From Blepharisma stoltei ATCC 30299 (lineage: Eukaryota; Protista; Ciliophora): DNA of 64,000 nt. The notes below the pieces were generated by a model. The model was given only the letters and a program-made list of their open reading frames with translations, searched no databases and had not been told where the DNA came from. This document shows, piece by piece, positions 25,930 through 38,790 of this stretch. The stretch spans positions 868,001 to 932,000 of the forward strand of contig CBFDEM010000011.1 in NCBI GenBank assembly GCA_965603825.1, read 5' to 3'. The first letter of the stretch is position 1, and the number at the start of each line of letters is the position of its first letter. The position numbers were made by a program, and so were the translations under genes.

Positions 25930-26364
25930 CTAAATCGTGCTTTGGCCTTCTTCATTAAGATACCCTAAACTTTTGAGCATCTCATCCATACATTGCTGGA
26001 ACGTGGAATTCCCATCTTTATCTTGTAAGAGTACAGACCTCAGGGCTCCCAGTCTATTTTCTGATGAGTCAATTTCATTTAAAAGTTTCCTTACTTCTTC
26101 ATTTTTTAGCATAGTTTTCAAAGTTTGATTAAGCCCTGATTAGCAATTACTCATTTGCGATAATTCTTCATCCGTTAATATTGTCTCGTCTTCATCTTCA
26201 AGTAAAAAGTTGCGATGAGGATGCCGAACTATTGGAGTAAATTTCGGCTCTCGCTTTCGTTCGCAGCCAGAATTTTTATGAGCAGAGTAGCAATCTTTGG
26301 AGCAATATCTGATAAGGCATCGAGGACACTTGTATTTTCCAGGATTGCCACAGCTGCAATCCAT
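25930..26364 (-). CDS. ZNHIT3: Zinc-finger HIT domain protein (ZNHIT3/Hit1-like)
   Basis: CSCGNPGKYKCPRCLIRYCSKDCYSAHK. A 15-nt intron at 26136-26150 joins it to the C-terminal LKNEEVRKLLNEID...F..CMDEML region. Confidence 0.8.
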
Positions 26365-26683
26365 TTTATAAACTAAAGAAAATGGGAATTGGAAAAAATA
26401 TTTTATTTTGCTTTATAAAGATGCTAATTGGCTTACAAGAGAATGTTTAAAAATTATATAACTAAAAATATAATTAAAATTAGAAATTAGTTACAGAAAT
26501 TTATTTATTTTATATTAATCGATGCTATATGATGCGTTGGCATTATTGCATTATCTAATGAGAACCAAAATTCTATTATTTATGCCAAAATCCTAGATTT
26601 TCGTGTTGGATTGCTTTTATGCTCTCAAAAATAACAAATATTATTATTATTAATCTTTTTTACGTATATAAAAAACTGAAACT

Positions 26684-28138
26684 ATGTCAGCTAAAAAGAG
26701 TGGGCTAAATAGAAAAGTTCCACAGTTTTCTGTTCCTTTACCTCCAAGCTCCTTACAACAAAGATCTCAAAACACATATAGGCTTACTCCAGATTTATTA
26801 CTAATGGATCGTGAAAGTGCAAAAAGTGATAATTATTTCAATACAATGGAAATATACTCAATGCCTGAAACTGCTAAACTAACTGTTCAAAATCCGCCAA
26901 CTATGCAAGATTTCATGAGACAAACGACAGAAATTGGTGAAGAAATAAAACAAATTTCTGAGCTTTTCAAGCAGATTTCTCCTCAGAGATCAAAAAAGGC
27001 CAAGACACTTAAAGATGATGAAGAAATCGTATGAGAAGATATTGATAAAATTCTGGTGCAGAACTCAATACAGCCTTTATCAATGGTAGCAGATAGCGAT
27101 CCTCCAGTTCCTGAATACTCATCTCTTGCTAGCACTGTAGTCAGCCTAGCTAGATTAGTTTCTCAATCACCTTACATTCAAGATTCCCTCAAATACAACA
27201 ATTCAATTGTTTCTGAACTTAGGGCTGATGTCACGAAGCTTAAAAAAGAAAATAAGTCACTTAGGCATGAGCTTAGAAAGATAAAATCAGAAAAAGTCTC
27301 TCTTTTAGAAGAAAACATGAAATTAAAAAGCAACACAGAAATGGTCTCAAGAAATGAAGGCGAAATCTTCAAGACGTTTATACATAGAAGCTTTGACCCA
27401 AACCATTACACAGATAGAAAAATTATGTCGCTAATTAGCATGTATGAGAAAAATAAACTTGAGTTTGAAAAGGAGTTAATTGATTTAAAAAGTCAAATTT
27501 TAGCATATCGCTCTCAAGAAGCATATTCGAATAGAAGCAGTGCTCAATATGATTGAAATGCTACCCGAAGCAGCACCAATTCTCCAGATTTTTTGAATAA
27601 TTCGTTGAAATCGATTTTTGAAGTACTCACAGTATCAAATACACAAGAAGCACTTCATTCAATTGAAAAAATGCAAGATGTTATCAAAGTTATCCCGAAT
27701 ATTGAAAAATTTGTAAGCCTAGTATATAATGAACTACTTCCATCATCATCATCATCCTCTAATACACATGACATTGGATTTTATATGGAACGAATCATCC
27801 CAAGTATCAGATCTATGAAAAATTCTCTAGACTCTGCTAAAAAATTAAGACAAATTTTATGCGAAAATTTGGATTTATCACCAGACACTACTGATGAGGT
27901 TATTGTAAAATTTATTTAGGTTGATAAAACGCTGGCTATTAAACACTTTAGGAAATTATTCGGAGAAACTGAAAACGATTTAGAAAACATTGAAGAAGTT
28001 TATATCTTTGTATATGAAATGAAAAACTTTTTGAGTGTAATATATATTCAGCATACAAAAGAATTGTTAGGTACGAAAAATGACATCTCAATCAATCTAT
28101 TAATAAATGAAATCATCGCTAAATTAACTGATAATTAA
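26684..28138 (+). CDS. Coiled-coil protein with CEP70-like C-terminus
   Basis: One frame via TGA 27032 and 27554, with 15-nt introns at 27905-27919 and probably 28037-28051. The C-terminal IKHFRKLFG...EEVY...EMKNFL..TKELLG resembles the CEP70 C-terminal domain. Confidence 0.72.
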
Positions 28139-28284
28139 ACTGATAAATCTTATTTTAACTTTTAAATAGAAATTAATATGCCATATTTCATATCCTTTTT
28201 ACTTAATTGCTTACTAAATAAATAAATTTTAGCTAATTTTCCATCAAAAAAGCCAATTGAATAATAAAATATTAAGTTCTCTAT

Positions 28285-28779
28285 TTATTTAAACCTTTCT
28301 ACCTGCAATAGTGCAGATTTCAATTTATAAGTTAAATCAGCTAATTGTTCACGATTGCAAGTGAAAGATAAACTTGAAAATTCTCCAGAAGCTTCTTGGA
28401 TGTTCAAATTGACTGATAAAGAAGGCAAATGAATTCTCTTTTCCTCAGATGTAGAAATTACATGTGAAGATTTCCAGTTCACATCCACAAGCTGTGGGAA
28501 AACAACCCCATAGCGTGGCTTTGGAATATCATCCCAGCTTTGCAATATTTCTGATATAAATTCCTCGCCCAGTTTTATGGAAGTCAGTATTTCAGAGATC
28601 TTTGATTTCGATGGATTGTTGACTAATAAAGCTTGAAATACCAAGTACAAGCTGCTTTCTAAATCTCCATCAATATTTTCACCTTTTATTGCTTGGCGAA
28701 GAACTTTTCTTGCAATATCAGTTGCAATTGTTTGGGTTTTGAGGAACTGGGTGATTTCTAAGGGAATGAGGTGACTCAT
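28285..28779 (-). CDS. COMMD3: COMM domain protein (COMMD3-like)
   Basis: PQLVDVNWK...LSFTCNREQLADLTYKLKSALLQVER matches the COMM domain pattern. Confidence 0.8.
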   Translation of the reverse strand: MSHLIPLEITQFLKTQTIATDIARKVLRQAIKGENIDGDLESSLYLVFQALLVNNPSKSKISEILTSIKLGEEFISEILQSWDDIPKPRYGVVFPQLVDVNWKSSHVISTSEEKRIHLPSLSVNLNIQEASGEFSSLSFTCNREQLADLTYKLKSALLQVERFK

Positions 28780-29190
28780 ATTTAATTGAGATATAGGATT
28801 TTAATTATCAACAAAATAGTGTCACTTTAATTTTATTAAAATAATTAAATTAATTTAAAATTTGACAGAGAGCATAAATTGGTAGATAAATAGTTTGTCA
28901 TTATATTCTCAAGGAATTAAGTTTTATAATAAAATTTGACAGGCAGCATTAATCAATTAAAGGAAGAAAAGAATTAATTGCTTTTAGCGTTATTTCAAAA
29001 AGTTAAGTAATTAAAATATTTCCAAAATAGGGTTAGAGCATCAATTTCTAATTATTACAATAATCTATCAATAAAAATGCAACTGCTGTGTCCAAAATCA
29101 GATCAGCCACTTCTGATCAGTTTTATGCCTCTTTTTGAAATTTCCTGTCAGATACTTACCATGATTGGTCATTAATTTATAAATATAAAA

Positions 29191-29976
29191 ATGGCATATC
29201 AATGTTCTGGCAGCATCATCATCCACCCCATCAGTGCTAAGCTTGAAAGAGATCTCGAGGCACTAACAACAATGGATCCTTACGTTGTAGTCAAAATTGG
29301 TAATCAAGAGATAAAGTCTTGCATTTGTGTTGATGGAGGAAGAGCACCTCATTGGGACGATCAATTGAATTTTATCATAAGTGGAGAAGACACAGCTTAT
29401 ATCGGCGTGTGGGATAGAAGAAGTCTTAGATCAGACCAAGAGGTTGGGAGTCTCGTCTTCCCTCTATTTAAATTATTTGAAAACAGACACTATGAAGACT
29501 GGATTGAGCTTCTCCATAATGGCCAAAGAGCTGGACTTTTGAGACTTCACATGGAATTTAGACCTACAACATCGGCTGGACAGGCTGCATCAACTGGAAT
29601 CTCATCAGGCCAAACTGCACAAACTGGGTATCAAACTGGGTACCAGACAGGAGAATTTGCAGGGTCTTCATTGCAGCAGCCAGGAGTGACAACAGGGACA
29701 TCTTTGCAACAGCCAGGATTGACAGCAGGAACTTTTGGGGGTCTAGAAGAAAAGCAGCAAGGGTACTCGGAATTTGTGTCAACGAAAACTGTAGGAAGCA
29801 CCACAGAAGTTATTTCAGGAGTATCAGAACCAGGATACACTGAAGTTGGCTATGCTAAAATCTCAGAAGCGACTCAACCAGGGAGTTTTGGAGAAAAAAA
29901 GGAAGAAAAAGGAGAAATTAAAGGTAAAAACTACGAAACCACTGAGCAGCAACGTTCAGCAAGCGCTCCTCAATAG
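29191..29976 (+). CDS. C2-domain protein with low-complexity Gly/Thr/Gln tail
   Basis: MDPYVVVKIG...GGRAPHWDDQLNF...VWD...VG...WIEL...AGLLRL. The tail carries QTGY and SLQQPG repeats. Confidence 0.87.
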   Translation: MAYQCSGSIIIHPISAKLERDLEALTTMDPYVVVKIGNQEIKSCICVDGGRAPHWDDQLNFIISGEDTAYIGVWDRRSLRSDQEVGSLVFPLFKLFENRHYEDWIELLHNGQRAGLLRLHMEFRPTTSAGQAASTGISSGQTAQTGYQTGYQTGEFAGSSLQQPGVTTGTSLQQPGLTAGTFGGLEEKQQGYSEFVSTKTVGSTTEVISGVSEPGYTEVGYAKISEATQPGSFGEKKEEKGEIKGKNYETTEQQRSASAPQ

Positions 29977-30255
29977 CTAATAAAACTTAATTAAACTTAT
30001 TATGAGTATTGATTTTCAAGTAACAAGCTTCCATTTTAACGCTAAGGCAATGAATGAGGATCTTCAAAGAGTGAGTTTAAGGTTTAAAGATAATACTGAA
30101 GGAAAACAATTGGAGCCATTTCAAGAAGATAAATATAAAAATTTGAGAATTTGTTAGAAAATTTAAAAATAAGACATACTCTAATTGGCCTATTATAATG
30201 GGTAGTAAGCTAATAGCTATTATTATATTTCAAACGAAGATTAAAATTTACAAAT

Positions 30256-31086
30256 TTAAACTTCTTTTTGTTCTATTGTAAGTCTATAGTGCAGTAATTT
30301 ATGCCCTCTTTCAACTTTATCTTGAAAGGCGAATCGGTTAATCAGACTTTCCAGATCTAATGCTACACATTGTTTTTTCTCTCTTTCTTCATCTAAGCTG
30401 CTTTTCGCAGTTTTCGCCATCCCTGCAATGACAATTTCATCATTTTCATCAGAATCAGTATTCCAAATTTTCAAATTGAATTTTGCAGGACTTTTTCCTA
30501 ATGTTCTAAACTGAGGATAAAATAAATTTTTCATAGAGTCCATAAATATATAAGTCAAAATTGTACAGGTTTGGTCCTCAGCTAAATAAAATGTATGCAA
30601 AAGCTTCACGCATCCAGCAGTTGGAGGGAGTGAGCTGGATCTTAATCTTGATGAATATTCAGCTGTATTTCCTGTGATATCATAATGAGGGATTTTGTGC
30701 TTGCTATTTAAATGAGTCAATAACGAGTCGAGCTGTCCTTTTCATTTGCAGTTAGTCAATAAACATTGAAAATTAGGGTTGTGTCGGCATTCTTCTTCAT
30801 GCTCAAGCCTTCCTGAAAGCTTTACTCTTTCATTGCAGCCACTGAATTGGCAGGTATATTCACATTGGTAAAGCTGCTGCTCCAGGTGATAATTTCGAAG
30901 TTTTCGGCCTATTGGCTCTCGACATGAAGGACATTTTTGGGTTCTTTGAGAACAGCGATCACAAATTGAGTGTCCGCTGTCGCATTGATATATAGGGATT
31001 GTGAAATATTCAAAGCAAATTGGACACTGTAAACAAGATTCTAGTAGCTGCTTATCTACAATCAAAGTCGAACTATTGTCTACCAT
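30256..31086 (-). CDS. SINA/SIAH-like RING E3 ubiquitin ligase
   Basis: CPICFE...PIYQCDSGHSICDRC...CPSCR...RN..LE, followed by SINA zinc fingers. TGA 30742 is Trp in CK-W-KG...LTHL..KH. Confidence 0.88.
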
Positions 31087-31474
31087 ATAGTAATATATTT
31101 ATATAGTGAAATTTTGGATTTAAATATATTTGAATAATGCTTTGGTGTTGAGATAGATACTTAGGCGGCTTATATGCATTAAAATCAATTGTTTTTTAGG
31201 GAAATTTTAGAAGTTTTACATTGGTTAAAGAAAATAAAAATTAAGGAAACCTAGCGAGCTCTTTTTCAAAGATATTTAAACGTTACTTTAATGCATTTAA
31301 ATGCAAAAAATTGATAATATTGAATAAAAAATTTAATAATTAATTATAATGCTGATCTCGAATTCAAAAGTAATTTTTCAAAGAAATTAGCAAGTTTCAA
31401 TTTTTTATGCTTGAGAGCTAAGTGATTAATTCTATAATAATAAATAGAATTTATTAACTTCTATTTAATATAAA

Positions 31475-32998
31475 ATGGAGGTATCATGGATGTGCGACAT
31501 GATGTGTGGAAACCCCGCAATTCTGATTTGTCATTGTGACTCGAAGTCAACTTCTCTTTGCATGATTTGCCTCTCAATTCATTATTCAAATAACCCCAAA
31601 GCAATTCATGTCCAAACTCCAATTTCTTCAGCAACCTTGCAAGGAAACTCGCTATGCGAAATCTGCAATGGAGAGCCCGAATTTGTTTGTCTCTGTAAAG
31701 GCAACTCAAAATATCTCTGCCGAGCGTGCAGGATTGTCCACATAGATAATGAGCCTACAGCATCCCACTATTTTGAAAAAATTGACAGTCAAGAGTTCAT
31801 TCATTGCCGAGATGATATCGATCAATATTTGAAAAAGAAAAAAGTGCTTGAGAATATCCAACTTAAATTGAACAAAAATATCAAAAAAGTCTCTAATTAT
31901 AAAGAAGAGCTAGAAACGGAGAAAATAAAAACCTTGAAGCTGATTGAGAATATTTTCAGCAGAAAATTTATGGAGGCCGATTCAATAGAAAATGAATTAA
32001 CTGAAATGAGAAAAAATATTTTTGCAGGGCAAGTAAAAACCAAGGAGAGTGGAAATTGGACATATCAGCCAGCTTATGAGATTAGCCTTGAAACATTAGA
32101 AGCAGCATATGAGAATATAAGAGATATATATTATAAAATTGATGCTGAAAATTTAACTAAGCACATAGGATATACATCGCAAATCTTCTATGAAAGGTAT
32201 GAAGAAATCCAGACGGAGCCAGTTTTTTTGCAAGGAGCCTCACACAATTTGGCGAAATATGATATAGCAAGAAATGAAATGAATATTTCAGAAATTGAAG
32301 GAGAGCCTTTTAATTATAGAAGTGCCTGATGCGTTTTGCCTAATGGTTCAATTTTTCTTTGTGGTGGCCAAAGTAGTGAAGGTGAATTATCATCTACTTA
32401 TATTTTAGATCAGAAATTAAAAACTTCAACTCCGGTTGAAAGCATGATATCACCACGAAAATATCACGGAGTTTGCTATCACAATGACTATATTTATGTG
32501 TTTGGAGGGAAATTTGGGGGGAAATTAAAATCATCAGAGCGATTTTCTCCTATAAAACAAAGATGAGAAATGCTTCCAAATTCGCTTTATCCACACTGTC
32601 ATGTATCTACTTTGGTTCTTGGTAATAAAATTTTAATTGCTGGATATTCAAGGTTTATTGAAATTTTTGATACTGATTCATTATCATATGAAGAGACTCT
32701 TTATCTTCCAGAAAGTACTTGCCGAATGAGCATGTTTTCAATGAAAGGAGAAATATATTTGATGATAAGGAGCTCTCTTTACAAAATAGATTTACTATTG
32801 AGTGAACTTACTTTAATCCACGTATTTGATATAGATATCATTTTATGATTTCCATCAAAACCTATAGAGAATTCTACAAAGATTTATTTCTTTTCTGTTA
32901 GTCCAGCAGTGGTCAAATTACTCTCTTGGGGATATGAAACTTTATATTCGCTAGACTTAGAAAATTACAATTTAAATGAGTTGCAAGTTTTAGGATAA
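31475..32998 (+). CDS. B-box-like zinc fingers, coiled coil and kelch repeat protein
   Basis: Two Cys/His repeats, a coiled coil, then kelch repeats IFLCGG and YIYVFGG...R-W(TGA). One frame to TAA 32996-32998. Confidence 0.85.
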
Positions 32999-33026
32999 TT
33001 ATTAATTATTTTATAAAATCTAATAA

Positions 33027-34466
33027 ATGTTATCTAGAGGAAACAGCAATTGAAGAGATGCAGGTAAAGACCCAGCTCAAAAAAGTGAATTTCCTGCAGA
33101 TAAAAGGAGTAGTACTGATGAACTGTTTATAAAATTAATTGAGATATGCTGCTTGAAGTATGACTATTCAAACGAGTATAAAGATATCAAATCTAAGGCT
33201 TTACGTAATGCAGCTTTAAAAAAACTATTAGAGTTTTTTAGTGAGCCTAAAAACTCTGCAAAATATATCATCCAGCATTTTGATCGTTTGATTGATATGA
33301 TTAAATTGAATATATTTCGGCCACCTTTTTTAAAAAGGCAAAAATATTCAAAAGCTGATCCTGATATTGAAAATATTGAAAAAATAAGCATTTTCATAGA
33401 CCCAGCTTGGCCTCATCTTAAAAATGTATATAAAAATTTTCTTCAACTAGTTATAATTGAAGAAATTCCTTTTAGGATATTGAAAAGCTATCTTAATTAT
33501 TCTTTTATTCAGGATCTCTTAGAGATGCTTAACACTGAAAATTTCAAAGAAAAAAAGTACGTACAAGTAATTTTGGTAAGGCTATATGCAAAAGTAGTGC
33601 CAAAAAGAAAATTGATGAGAGCTGTTATGGAAAACTGCCTTTTAGAAATTATTCATGAAGATCGAGAGTTTGAAGGAACTAATGAGTTGCTGGAAATTTT
33701 AGCATCTATAATATCTGGATTTGCTACTCCATTAAAAAAAGATCATGCAATTTTCTTCATAAGAGTGATCATTAAACTGTATAAAGTTGAAAATTTAGAA
33801 TCTTTTTATGCAAACTTATCGAGGTGCACTATGATGATTTTAAGCAAAGACAGTTCGTTAGTGATTCCACTAATAGAGGGGCTATTGAGGTATTGGCCTT
33901 GCTGAAATTCTCAAAGAGAAGTTTTATTTTTGGCAGAGCTGCAGAAAATCTTAGGCATTTACAAGAGTATGGAATCCGAGGCTATGACTTTAAGGATGCT
34001 CAAAAAGATATCAAGATGCCTTTTATCCCAGAATATCCAAGTTGTAGATGGAGCAATGTGTTTCTTTGAGTCAGATATTTTTTTACAAATTCTTAGAGAG
34101 TCCAAAGAATGGACTCTTCCTATATTTGCACCAATTGTAGCTGAGGTTGCTGATAATCACTGGGATAAAGAGATAAAATCTTCTTCTGAAGCCATTAAAG
34201 AAATTCTCATCGAAATAGATGCTTGTGCTTTTGATTTGGCTCTTCAAAGTTATTCAAAATATAATTGTGTTAGCATTTTGCATCATTCTCAAAGAAGAAT
34301 AGAAGCTGAAAATAAGTGAGAAGTTTTAGCAAATAGAGCAAAAACTATTAACCCAGATTCAATTAATCATATTTGTTTAATACAAACTCGAGCGTGCTTA
34401 GCAATTAATTTTAGTAATCAGTATCCAAACTATTCAAATTCCAAATTAAGCACAAATTATTATTAA
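33027..34466 (+). CDS. Protein phosphatase 2A regulatory subunit B' (B56), divergent
   Basis: NIFRP, DPAWPHL, ELLEILASIISGFATPLKKDH, GLLRYWP and NHW motifs. TGA=Trp at 33903 and 34317; stop TAA 34464-34466. Confidence 0.9.
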
Positions 34467-35171
34467 AATTAATTCATTTTATGCAGCATTTTAAAGAAAT
34501 CTTTAGTCAGCATAGATTCTCATTATACTAATTATTAAAAAGAGCTTATAGTCTAATATAAATTACTGTAAAATTCGATTAAATATTATCGAATAACCGT
34601 GCATAGCAATATCCAAATATCTCACCATAGAGGTGATTTGGAGGATGCACAAAACTTAAGGTAGCGCTATAAAAATAAAAATAATCAAATATAAGATACA
34701 TGTAAAATTAATCAGTTCGGAATTCATTGAGATTCAGATTTATCATAAGTGTTGCTAAATAGCATATTATGATAAAAATAAAAATTGGTTTGGTGTAGCA
34801 AATAGATATCGCTATACACTATTATTCAGTGATAAGAATTATTACAATTTTCTGAAATAACTTAAAGTCATTTAACAAGATTTATTTTAAGAATATGATT
34901 TATTGAATTCTAGACTAATAATTTCTGCTTTAAAAATAAGATTTCTTATTTATTTTTGGCTTATTCTTTCATAGACACGATGCAAATTGCTATTAAAATT
35001 ATTTCTATCAATATCTTTAAATAAACTTTTAGAGCAAAATCAAAGCAGAAGCATCTACTTCTATGAGGATTTCTTTAATGGCATTAAACAAATTTATAAG
35101 TAAATACAATTATTCGAACAGTCTTATTCTTTATATTAAAATGCCATAAGGAAACCCTTTATTCATTTTAT

Positions 35172-37304
35172 TTACTCATCTAGATATCGGCGAATAGTTT
35201 TCAGGAGAAGATCTTTTGAAGCAGGCTTTGCAATATACTCAGTCATTCCACTTCTATAACAAAGTTGGACATCCTCATCAGCAGTAAATGCTGTATACCC
35301 AATTATCACAGGTAAATTATTTATTTCATATTCATTGTGCATTTGAATGATTTTACTAGTGGCTTCTCAGCCATCCATCTCTGGCATGTTGCAATCCATC
35401 AGAATTACTTTAAATCCGCCTAGTTTATCATATTCAGTCACTCTATTAACTGCTTCTTTTCCATCACAAGCTTCAAGAAATGAAATGTTTACTGATTCAA
35501 AAATGGCTGCTACGACAGCCCTATTCAGTTCATTATCATCTACAAGCAAAACTTTTTTCGCTACTTTTGCTGACCTTTTTCTGCATCTAAGGTATCTATT
35601 AATATTTGGGCAAGCTTTTTCTGAAGGAATTTTTAGGGTGGCTTCTTCTGTACTAATATGGGGAATTGGTAGGCCTATATCGATTGTGAAGCTAAAAGAA
35701 GTGCACACACCTTGCTCTGAATGAATATGTATGTGACTCCCAGATAATTGCTTTACTATCATATTTGAAATGTATAAGCCTAGTCCTAAGCCTTCTTTTC
35801 CTATATCATTTACCTTCATATTGATGAGCATTTCGCGAATCCATTTTAATTTATTTTTTGAAAACCCAATTCCTGTGTCTTTTATAATAAATTTTAATTT
35901 GTTTTGATGAGTCAAAACTGCGCATACTTCTATGTAGCCTCTCTTCGTAAATCTATATGAAAGTTACTTTAATGCATTATTTAATAGATTCAGCAAAATC
36001 TGGGACAGCCTATTTGAGTCTGAGCTGATGACATTTGGAATGCAAGGATCTACCCTGCAGCAAATTTCAATATTTTTTTGCATTGCTAAAGTCTTTATGA
36101 TAAAATGAAGCTCATTAATAACTTTTCTTACTGAAAAATTAACTGAAAGCGGTTTAAATGTCCCATTAATAATTCTTGAAAAGTCAAGCATGTCATTAAT
36201 CGATGAAAGCAAAAGCTTAGACGACACATTCGCGAGGGAAAGCCTTTCTTTACTTTTTTCATCGAATTTTCCTAAATTCTGTTCTAAAATTGAAATTATC
36301 GCATTTGTTGGGGTTCTCAGTTCATGAGATAATGAATGAAAAACAGCGTTCTTAAACCTTTTTTCAGTCAAATTTTGCTGCGAATTTATGATATGATCAA
36401 TAGAATGGACAGTTAAAATTAAAGCTTCTTGGGATCCCCATAAAATCTTTTTTGCCTTTCACTCATAGCAAATGTTGCATATTATTACAATCCCCAGTGA
36501 AATTTCTTGTTCCATGTCTAAATCAAAACTATTCTGAATATCATCAATTAAAAAGTGATTCCCAAGAGAGCTATTTTCTGGCTCATAATATAAAAGTGAC
36601 GAAATGGTTTCTAGAATTTTGTCCTGTTGACAGTTTAAAAGTTCTGGAATTTTTTCATTAGTTAACTCTATTTTTGAGTCATTTAGCATCACTATTAGTC
36701 CATCTGGAAAGGTTTGTAAGACCACAAAAAATTTTTGCTTAGTTTCTTCAAGCTGTGTTTTATAAGCGAATCTCTCATATTCAAGGCTTCTTTCGTGAAA
36801 TCGATTTTTATAATTAACCAATAAAATACCTAAAATTACAATATATGGCTTTAGATCATAAGTATCCTTGATTAGACCTAAAAAAATTGGTAAATAATAT
36901 CATTGGATTATATGTTTTACGCCGATAAAAAATACCAGCAAAGATGATCTTATATACTGTGTTTGGATCACCAAAATCATATACGTTGATAAAATAATAA
37001 AAGGAGAATCAGCTTTAGTATAATGTGCTCAGAGCATTAAATCAATATCAAGGGCTTCTGTTGTTATCAGGGCGACAATAATTTTTGACTTGTGGGAAAG
37101 CTGAGTTTTCCAGGTAATAAAAAGAGCAATCACCCAGAAAATGTAGGAAATACTCATTATCTCATTGAAGAAAGTTCATGTGGCGATCATGTAAATGAGT
37201 CTTATAATTGCAGAGACCGAAATAATTGTTGTTATTATAATTTTCAAGCCATTGAATGAGCTCTCAATTTCTTGGATCCACCATCTGTCAAGTAATTTTT
37301 CCAT
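35172..37304 (-). CDS. Membrane-anchored hybrid histidine kinase, paralogue of 11159-13321
   Basis: ATG 37304 (MEKL...). SHELRTP; NALK|FT is split by a 15-nt intron at 35953-35967; DTGIG, GLGLGL; receiver LVDD...MDCNMPEMDG-W(TGA)...IIGYTAF. Stop TAA 35172-35174. Confidence 0.92.
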
Positions 37305-37838
37305 AGTTATTTATAAGAAAAAGAATAGACATTTAATTAATTAAATTTTGAAGGAGTTTAGAGCAATTTAGTTGGCTTTGCAATTGCAAGGAAGTGGAAT
37401 AACTTCATAAGATAAAAAGCTTATTATTAGCAAAGCACTGAGAAAAGAAATTGGAACATAGCAGGGTAATATCTGGGATGCGCAATTTTTTGAGCCAATG
37501 TAAACATTTAAGGCAAAGCTAATACAAAATTGAAAAAGTTCGATATTATAATATCTCAAAATTATTTTATTAACATATTTCATTAAATGTATTTGAATTA
37601 GTATCAATCTATGTAATAATTAAAAATATTGAAGCCTTCTCTGCTAAAATACTGTTGTTTGCATCACCATACAACTCTCAAATATTTAATAAAAATTGTA
37701 TTTATTTGCTTTAAACCAGTTATTTTTCAAATATTTACTAATTCTATCATTAATTTTTCTTTTTTATTCTTATTTTGGTATTAATTAATTTCTCTTATAC
37801 TGCAGCAATTAAAGAATTAATAAAATTTTTAAAGTTGG

Positions 37839-38627
37839 TTAATTGATTACGTAATAAGAACTTGGGCCAGGCTTTGGATCTTTTGAAGTTTGGCTTATCG
37901 ATTTTTCCTTTTCAACTTTCCCAATCCACTCTGATCTCCCTTCAATTTCTCTTGCTTTCGTGTTATCCAAAGGTCTTATTGGGAAATCTGCCAAGTTATC
38001 AGCAAAAAGTCCTCTCAATTCGAAATAATACTTGGCATAAAGTGCTGCTTTTACTGTGACCGAATAATTGATGAGCTCTAAAAATCTCTTCTCAAGAGTG
38101 TTTATTTCTTCAGTGTTGAAAAACGGATAGATGTACGCAAAATCAGCATTGCTTAGATATCTGTCATCCCACACTTTTTGGGCTATTAGAAGAGAGCATA
38201 GAATAATTGGCCTCCAGTTGGTTGGGTGTAATGGAAGTCCTGTAAAAGCAATAAGTCTGTTTATATAAACCAAACAGATTATGCAACACTCAGGGCTAAA
38301 CTGTGCACAATCATATAAAGCTCGCATGAATTCATAAATGTCATCAACTGTAGGCATCTTTCTGAGCAAAGCTAAACGCGCCTCATCGAAGGCGTCAGGG
38401 TTTTCTCTGATATATTTTTCCTCACTGAAATAAAAAAGATCTGAAGATGACTGAATTTCTCGCCCAAGATTGACATCTTCAATCATTTGTGAATGAATTA
38501 TGGTGGCTACAGATTGTATCATTGTAGAAACATTTGGCTGATAAATAGTGGAAGTTGCGTAGACAGAAGACGTTGTACTTGCTCTGCGGTCTTCTCCTCT
38601 CCAGCTGTTTTCTTCAGAATTGTCCAT
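37839..38627 (-). CDS. CCNY: Cyclin Y-like protein
   Basis: AQFSPECCIICLVYINRL, NWRPIILCSLLIAQKVWDD and YAKYYFELR motifs. Confidence 0.9.
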   Translation of the reverse strand: MDNSEENSWRGEDRRASTTSSVYATSTIYQPNVSTMIQSVATIIHSQMIEDVNLGREIQSSSDLFYFSEEKYIRENPDAFDEARLALLRKMPTVDDIYEFMRALYDCAQFSPECCIICLVYINRLIAFTGLPLHPTNWRPIILCSLLIAQKVWDDRYLSNADFAYIYPFFNTEEINTLEKRFLELINYSVTVKAALYAKYYFELRGLFADNLADFPIRPLDNTKAREIEGRSEWIGKVEKEKSISQTSKDPKPGPSSYYVIN

Positions 38628-38790
38628 TTCTTTTTTCTGATAAAGGTAGTGGGTTAAATGCTTATGATAGGAATAAATTATTTCTCAGCAATAAATATTT
38701 TATTGATTTCGAGATTAAAAAGGTTTAAGGGATGAAGCTTTGGCTTAAAAAGAAATTTATTGTATTTATTTTTAATAAATTAAAAATTTC

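Noticed and set aside
23190-28138. Centrosomal gene cluster (LRRC45-like near CEP70-like)
   Set aside because: Unrelated genes lie between them, and such proximity is expected by chance in a ciliate genome.
29152-29160. atacttacc, matching the U1 snRNA 5' end
   Set aside because: Only 9 nt match, no U1 stem-loops or Sm site follow, and it is 30 nt upstream of a CDS.
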